From the NCBI GenBank assembly GCA_041391825.1, contig JAWKNF010000001.1, positions 10,116 through 74,115 on the forward strand: a stretch of 64,000 nt of DNA. The letters are read 5' to 3'. The translations under genes and the position numbers were made by a program. This document shows positions 58,736-64,000 of this stretch, piece after piece. Position 1 is the first letter of the stretch. Each line of letters starts with the position of its first letter. Source of the stretch: Flavobacteriales bacterium (lineage in GTDB: Bacteria > Bacteroidota > Bacteroidia > Flavobacteriales_F > PHOS-HE28). A model generated the notes under the pieces. It saw only the letters and a program-made list of their open reading frames with translations. It searched no databases and was not told where the DNA came from.

Positions 58736-59631
58736 ACCGCCTGATCACCCTCCTCGCCTTCCTCAGCGTTTCCGCGCTGTACGGTCAAGCACTCGTGATC
58801 CTTCCGGAGGCCACAGACAAGCACGACCTGCATTTCAACCCGACCTTCATCCAACGGAACCGCATCACGGCCATCGTCGGGCAGCGCATGGTGAAGCGCG
58901 ACAACCAGCCGATGATCACCGAGCGCGAGAAATACCTCTACCGCTTCAACCCCTCCGGCCTGCCCGTGTATGCCAACAATTCCTTCGGGCAACCCGGCTC
59001 GGGGCGCGATACCGCCAGCACCACCTACACCTACGACACCGCAGGCCGCATCAAGCGCCGCTTGCGGAACGACCTCAGCGGGCACTTCGCCTACGAAGTG
59101 GAACTGGACGACCAAGGCCGTGCGGTGCGCGAGACCTACACCCGGGTGGAGAACCTTGGTACCGACCGCTACAACCTGGTACCCGGCGCTGTGACCGAGA
59201 TCAGCGATGAGCATTTCCAGTACGAGGCCGTGAACGACACGGTGACCAAGAAGCTCTCCACCAACAACCACGGCCTGCCCTTCCGCGAACAGCTGTTCAC
59301 CAAGGACCGCATGGGCTACCTCCTGGCCATCGAGGACCGCTACCTGATCAGCAACCGACGCTCGCGCACCACCTTCGCCTACGATGAGAAAGGGCGCTTG
59401 GCCGAGCGCGTGGAACAGCCCGACCTGGACAAGGCGCGGACCATCAAACGGCTGTGGCGCTACGACACGGCCGGGAATGTGATCGAAGGCGAACTCTGGC
59501 ACGACGACAAGCAGATCGACCGCGAGGAATACCTGTACGAGGAGCAGACCATGTTCCTGAAAGCGCGCCTCACCAAGGACCTGGCCAGCGGGGTCATCCA
59601 CGTGGTGCGCTTCACCACCGAACGGAACTGA
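58732..59631 (+). CDS. hypothetical secreted protein
   Basis: 299 aa with signal peptide (MNRLITLLAFLSVSALYGQ). ATGA overlap with the upstream gene. Confidence 0.5.
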   Translation: MNRLITLLAFLSVSALYGQALVILPEATDKHDLHFNPTFIQRNRITAIVGQRMVKRDNQPMITEREKYLYRFNPSGLPVYANNSFGQPGSGRDTASTTYTYDTAGRIKRRLRNDLSGHFAYEVELDDQGRAVRETYTRVENLGTDRYNLVPGAVTEISDEHFQYEAVNDTVTKKLSTNNHGLPFREQLFTKDRMGYLLAIEDRYLISNRRSRTTFAYDEKGRLAERVEQPDLDKARTIKRLWRYDTAGNVIEGELWHDDKQIDREEYLYEEQTMFLKARLTKDLASGVIHVVRFTTERN

Positions 59632-60133
59632 TGCGCGGCCTCCTGCTCTTCGCGGTCCTGATGGTGTGCAGCGCCGCCAGCGCGCAGCAAGGCTTGGTGC
59701 GTTACGCCTACGGCCCCTTCGGCACCCTGGGCGATGCCGCCTACGTGGTGGAGAACGGCCGCATTTATCAGTCCTGCGGCCCCTTCGGCAACAAGGGTCC
59801 GTGCATCTTCGTGTTCAACAAGGAAGAGGTGTACCACAGCAGCGATGCCTTCGGCAGCAAAGGGCAAGGATTCATCCTGGCGGAAGGCGACAAGGTGTAC
59901 CGCTGCGAAGGGACCTTCTGCCGCAAGGAGCTCCTGCTTGCTCTTATTGGAAGGCCCCAAGGTCTTCCGGGCGGATGGCGCGTTCTGCAACAAGAACGAG
60001 TCGGCCTTCCTGATCGATGGCAATACCATCTTTCTGGCCGAAGAACCCTTCTGCAACAAGACCGACGCCATCCTGCACGTGCAAGGCGATGTGCCCATGA
60101 TCGCACTGTTGGCGATCCTGGCGGGTTACTGAC
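59631..60133 (+). CDS. small secreted protein built from six ~22-aa tandem repeats (G-P/A-F-G/C-N/S-K-G…Y), one frameshift near 59935
   Basis: Signal peptide MRGLLLFAVLMVCSAASAQ. Repeats YGPFGTLGDAAYVVENGRIY / QSCGPFGNKGPCIFVFNKEEVY / HSSDAFGSKGQGFILAEGDKVY / RCEGTFCRKE… / RADGAFCNKNESAFLIDGNTIF / LAEEPFCNKTDAILHVQGDVPM. Last three repeats are in the +1 frame (extra g in ttgga). Confidence 0.5.
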
Positions 60134-60821
60134 TTCGCTTTTTCGGCTGCGTCACGTTCGCCGCCTTGCCGTACGTCGGCACCAGGTAGGCGAGATCGTC
60201 GAATTCCTTGGCCAGGAAGCGCCGCGTTGATTCTGCACCCATCGCTGCGGCCGTAGGTCGGACCCCAGCCAGATGCACGATCGCGGAGTTCCCGGCCCAA
60301 AGCGCGGCGGCCTTGTCCGCGCCATCGCCGAACACCACGTGTTGTAGTTCGTTGGCAGCAGGCCAGTGAGTATCAAGGATCAAGGGATGCACCGCGCTCA
60401 ACGCCGCACCGTCCGGGGCGAAGGCTTGGGTGAAGACCTCCATGCGCCGGGCATCGATCATGGGGTGGGCCACATGCTCCGCTTCGGGCATCGAGCCGAG
60501 TTGCCTTGCTTGTTGCCAGAGCGTGCCCAAGGTGGAAAGCCCGATGATGGGGATGTCCAAGGCGAAGCACAGGCCTTTCGCGGCACTGAGCCCGATGCGC
60601 AAGCCCGTGTACGAGCCGGGCCCGATACCGACGGCAACGGCCTGCAGGTCCTTCATGGTGACGGATGCCTCGCGCAAGGCCTCGTCGATGAAGACGTTCA
60701 CCTTTTCCGCGTGGATGTGCTTCTCGCTTTCCAGCTCGCGCACCGCAAGCGCCTGGCCATCGCGCAGCAAAGCAACGCTGCACAACTTGGTGGCGGTCTC
60801 GATGGCAAGGATCACGGGCAC
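60126..60821 (-). CDS. tsaB: tRNA threonylcarbamoyladenosine biosynthesis protein TsaB
   Basis: YeaZ/TsaB fold (…ILAIETATKLCSVAL…, …GPGSYTGLRIGLS…). 231 aa. Confidence 0.88.
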   Translation of the reverse strand: MPVILAIETATKLCSVALLRDGQALAVRELESEKHIHAEKVNVFIDEALREASVTMKDLQAVAVGIGPGSYTGLRIGLSAAKGLCFALDIPIIGLSTLGTLWQQARQLGSMPEAEHVAHPMIDARRMEVFTQAFAPDGAALSAVHPLILDTHWPAANELQHVVFGDGADKAAALWAGNSAIVHLAGVRPTAAAMGAESTRRFLAKEFDDLAYLVPTYGKAANVTQPKKRSQ

Positions 60822-60866
60822 GGCGCGAAATTCACGAAAAGCAAGTAGACCCGCGCACCACGCCCA

Positions 60867-62285
60867 TCAGAGCGTGACCGGCAGGCCTTGCAGGATGTCC
60901 AGGTACTTGCTGGCCATCAGGTACTGGTACTTCGCGTTGATCAGGTCGGCCTGGGAGCGGTTCACGTTGTTCTTGGCGGTGTTCAATTCCAGCGAGGTGA
61001 TCACCCCTTGTGCAAAGCGTTCCTGCGCATACTCCATGGACAGTTCGCCGCTTTCCAAGGCCTTGGAAGCAGCGAGGTACTGCCGGTATGCCGAACGTTG
61101 CTGCACCAGCGCATCCATCACGTTCTGTTGCATGGTGTTCCGCAAGGAAAGCAGCCGGTTCCTGCTCTTCTCGAACTCGACACGCGAACGCTGGACCGCG
61201 TAGCTGTTTCCCATGTTGTTGAAGAGGGGCACGTTCAAGGTGAGGCCCACGCTCTGGTTGAAGTTCTGGTCCAACTGATCGCTGAAGGGCGTGACCTCCG
61301 TGAGGTAGTTGATGTTCGGCGAAAACACCACTTCGCCGCTTCCCGTGGCACCGATGGGGATGGGTGCACCGATGATCGGGTCGCCCACTTGGCGCAGGTC
61401 ACGACCGCTGTAGCCGGTGCTTACGGTCCCGTTCAGGCTCAAGGAGGGCATGCTACCGGAACGGCTGATGTCGATGGCGCGCTCGGCACTTTCGACCTGC
61501 AGCTCCATCTGGGCATAGGAAGGATTATTGGCCAGGACGTTTTCCAGGACCTGCTCCATCGAGCGGGCCGGTTCCAGGATCGCGCCGGGCTGCAAGTTCG
61601 GTGCGACGATGTCGAATTGCCGCATCTCCGCCATGTCCAATTGGAGTGCCCTGCCCAAGGCGAGCATGCGCTGGTCCCGCTGGTTGGTCCAATCGGTCAC
61701 GTTGTATTCCTCCTGCGCCAATTGGGCTTCCAGCGCGAGCAGTTCAGCGCGGGCCAAGCGGCCACCGTCCACCAACGCCGTGGTCAGCACGATCTGCTCC
61801 CGTGTGTTCGCTGCTTGTTTTTCAGCCGCCACGATCCGTTCGCGGATACCCAATACGTCCAAGAAAGCCTGTACCACCGCCAAGCGCACATCGTTCCGCG
61901 CCGCCTCAAGCCCTTTCATGGCCGCTTCCGAATCGATGCCAGCCTGTTTGATGCTGTTCTGCTTGCTCAGGCCACGGAACAGATCGACCTGCGTGCTGAG
62001 GTAGAAGTTGTTGGTACGCACTCGGTCCGTAGCGAAGGTGTTCGTATACCGGTCGATGACCCGACCGAAGTTGTAGCCATGCGTACCACCGGCGTTCAGG
62101 TTCGGCACCAGGTCCCAATAGGTGCGGTCCAGGTTCTCGTCCGCGAGTTCGGCATCGAGGCCGGCATTGAGCACATCGAGGTGCTTTTCCTCGGCGCGGG
62201 CGATGCACTGTTCCAGGGTCCATGGTGCTTGGGCGAAGGACAGCTGCGCAAGCAGAACAATGAGAAGGGCAAGTGGGGAACGCAT
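60867..62285 (-). CDS. TolC-family outer-membrane efflux protein
   Basis: Signal peptide MRSPLALLIVLLAQLSFAQ, two repeated alpha-helical/beta-barrel halves with TolC-like composition (…LEQCIARAEEKHLDV…). Confidence 0.85.
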   Translation of the reverse strand: MRSPLALLIVLLAQLSFAQAPWTLEQCIARAEEKHLDVLNAGLDAELADENLDRTYWDLVPNLNAGGTHGYNFGRVIDRYTNTFATDRVRTNNFYLSTQVDLFRGLSKQNSIKQAGIDSEAAMKGLEAARNDVRLAVVQAFLDVLGIRERIVAAEKQAANTREQIVLTTALVDGGRLARAELLALEAQLAQEEYNVTDWTNQRDQRMLALGRALQLDMAEMRQFDIVAPNLQPGAILEPARSMEQVLENVLANNPSYAQMELQVESAERAIDISRSGSMPSLSLNGTVSTGYSGRDLRQVGDPIIGAPIPIGATGSGEVVFSPNINYLTEVTPFSDQLDQNFNQSVGLTLNVPLFNNMGNSYAVQRSRVEFEKSRNRLLSLRNTMQQNVMDALVQQRSAYRQYLAASKALESGELSMEYAQERFAQGVITSLELNTAKNNVNRSQADLINAKYQYLMASKYLDILQGLPVTL

Positions 62286-62321
62286 GATGGAAGGACGAAC
62301 CGATGATCGGTCGGCTCCCAG

Positions 62322-62329
62322 CAAAAGTA
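62322..62329 (-). promoter_or_regulatory. -7 promoter motif (TACTTTTG on the minus strand) upstream of tolC
   Basis: Reverse complement of caaaagta, 37 bp upstream of the preferred tolC start (62285). Confidence 0.35.
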
Positions 62330-62421
62330 TCCGCCGCTCAAGTGCGGCGACCGGTCATATGATGAACGGTGCATGCTTGTTCCGGATGGCTTGGAACGGC
62401 CCTTCGACCGGCTCCTATACC

Positions 62422-63639
62422 CTACAGGATCTTGATCTCCACCCGGCGATTGGCCTCGCTCTCTTCACGGTTCTTCGGCTCGGGATAGATCATCTCCGCG
62501 TTACCGATGCCGACGTACGAAATGCGACCCGGGTCGATGTCGTTCACGAGCAGGAAGTCGTAGACCGTTCTGGCCCGTGCCGTGCTCAGGTCGATGAACT
62601 CCTTCTTGTTCTTGTACGTCGGGCCGTTCACGTGGCCCTGCACTTCGATCTTCACGCCGGAGTTCTCCTGCATGAAACGCAGCAACAGAAGCAGCGAAGC
62701 TTCGGATTGACGCATCACCTTGTCCTCGTTGCCCACGAAGCGGATGTCATCGAGGACGACCTTCTCCCCTGCACTGATCGGTGTCAAAGCGATGTCGACC
62801 TTGACCACCTCGTCGGTACTGCCCTTCACGCGGACCGTGGTGAACATGTAGCCTTTGCGCGTGCAGCCGATCTTGAGGTTGCGGTACACGTCCATATCGT
62901 ACTCGTAGGTGCTTTTGCCCTTGCCTTCGATCACCTCGTCGAATTTCATTCCATCCACGGTCACCATGGCATCCACGGGTTTACCGCTCTTGGCATCAAC
63001 GATGTTGATGACCACGTGCTGTTGGGGCTTCTCCTTTTCCACGGGCGGCGGCGGTGGCGGCGGATCGTAGTGGAAGTGGATCGTGTAACCGGAACGCGGA
63101 CGATCCTGATGGTCCACCACGAGGTAGAACAACTGGCCTTCCTCCACGTCGATGGAACGGCTGTAGCTGGCACCAACCCCGGAGCGGACGTAGTCGTTCA
63201 CCGCGTCCTTGCTCAGGCCGCATTGCGAGTTCACGTTCGGGTCGTTGCGCGATATGTTGGACCGAACGGGGGTCACTTGTTTGCTGGCGATCTTGTCGCA
63301 TATGCCCGGGATCGCTCCTTCGAAGAGCAGGAAATCGATGTCGTCGGCAACGTTGAGCGGCTGGATGTCGAAGGTGAGGTTGCACTTCACCGGCACCCGG
63401 AACTTGTACCAAGTGCTGTGGTGCTCACGCTCGAACCACTGAAGGTCCTCTGAAGGATTCTCTTTGATCTCCAGCTTGTTGCCGAAGCCGCGAACGGCCT
63501 GCTCCGTGCGGTAGATGGAATCGGTGATGTAAATGGCACCGGTGCAATCCCCATTGTCCTGGGTGAATTGCACTTCTTGCTGTGCCCACATGGGAAAGCA
63601 CAAGAGCCAAGCGGCCGGGAGCAGCGCGTTACGGATCAT
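62422..63639 (-). CDS. OmpA-family protein (unknown N-terminal domain, poly-Pro linker, C-terminal OmpA peptidoglycan-binding domain)
   Basis: Signal peptide, PPPPPPP linker, C-terminal …NRRVEIKIL OmpA_C-like motif. Confidence 0.75.
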   Translation of the reverse strand: MIRNALLPAAWLLCFPMWAQQEVQFTQDNGDCTGAIYITDSIYRTEQAVRGFGNKLEIKENPSEDLQWFEREHHSTWYKFRVPVKCNLTFDIQPLNVADDIDFLLFEGAIPGICDKIASKQVTPVRSNISRNDPNVNSQCGLSKDAVNDYVRSGVGASYSRSIDVEEGQLFYLVVDHQDRPRSGYTIHFHYDPPPPPPPVEKEKPQQHVVINIVDAKSGKPVDAMVTVDGMKFDEVIEGKGKSTYEYDMDVYRNLKIGCTRKGYMFTTVRVKGSTDEVVKVDIALTPISAGEKVVLDDIRFVGNEDKVMRQSEASLLLLLRFMQENSGVKIEVQGHVNGPTYKNKKEFIDLSTARARTVYDFLLVNDIDPGRISYVGIGNAEMIYPEPKNREESEANRRVEIKIL

Positions 63640-63665
63640 CTCGGCCCCGTGATACGCAAGGCGGG

Positions 63666-64000
63666 CTAGGAAGGTTCGTAGGCCAGGTTGCTACCCAGCC
63701 AACGCTCCATCCACGCGTTCTCCTTCCCCTTGCGTTGGGCGAGGCTTTGGATCTGGTCGGCGGCCACCTTGCCCACCCCGAAGTACTTGCTTTTCGGATG
63801 CGCGAAGTAGAAGCCGCTGACCGCTGCGGTGGGCCACATTGCGAGGCCCTCGGTCAGCATGATGCCGGTGTGCTTCTCCGCTTCGAGCAGGTCGAAGAGC
63901 TGCGGCTTTTCGGTGTGGTCCGGACAAGCCGGATAACCCGGCGCGGGACGGATACCGGTGTAGGCCTCCTTGATCAATGCTTCGTTGTCCAAGGACTCGT
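63666..64000 (-). CDS. metH: methionine synthase, C-terminal (reactivation domain) end; partial, continues beyond the window
   Basis: …[14 protein letters not shown]…[36 protein letters not shown]…[12 protein letters not shown] matches the MetH C-terminus. Confidence 0.85.
   Translation of the reverse strand, partial: ESLDNEALIKEAYTGIRPAPGYPACPDHTEKPQLFDLLEAEKHTGIMLTEGLAMWPTAAVSGFYFAHPKSKYFGVGKVAADQIQSLAQRKGKENAWMERWLGSNLAYEPS

Noticed and set aside
1-64000. CRISPR arrays, integrases/transposases, restriction-modification, toxin-antitoxin or other defence systems
   Set aside because: Scanned both strands. No direct-repeat/spacer arrays, no recombinase- or nuclease-like ORFs, and no recognisable defence domains were found.

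Overview
High-GC (about 60%) Bacteroidota chromosomal segment with type IX secretion (T9SS) cargo genes and TAnnTTTG -7 promoter motifs. It is mostly housekeeping: serS, a lipoprotein/TPR/DUF4286/ksgA operon with ATGA overlaps, mgtE, a 2-hydroxyacid dehydrogenase, a GDPD, aspartokinase, fbp, mfd, a LOG-family gene, purH, mreBCD-mrdA-rodA, ppiD, coaX, tRNA-Phe, gpmI, tsaB, tolC and the 3' end of metH. The accessory content is a set of T9SS substrates: a BNR-repeat protein, a PCMD-domain protein, and two tandem giant type-B CTD adhesins with choice-of-anchor-L N-termini. There is a lower-GC (about 47-50%) insertion directly after the mfd stop codon. It carries decayed T9SS-tail genes and a diverged second copy of the mfd 3' end. 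There is also a TonB-dependent receptor with a partner lipoprotein, a TPR-TM-Hpt signalling protein, and two palindromic repeat elements that share a TCAGTTGTC core (one in-frame inside mfd, one intergenic). Many genes carry +/-1 indels, often in compensating pairs 40-70 bp apart. The indels are strongly clustered in mreB/mreC/mreD, a gldE/CorC-like gene and a YyaL-like gene. The flanking mrdA, rodA, purH and mfd are intact. I cannot tell from sequence alone whether this is genuine gene decay or consensus or assembly error. No CRISPR array, integrase, transposase or recognisable defence system was found.
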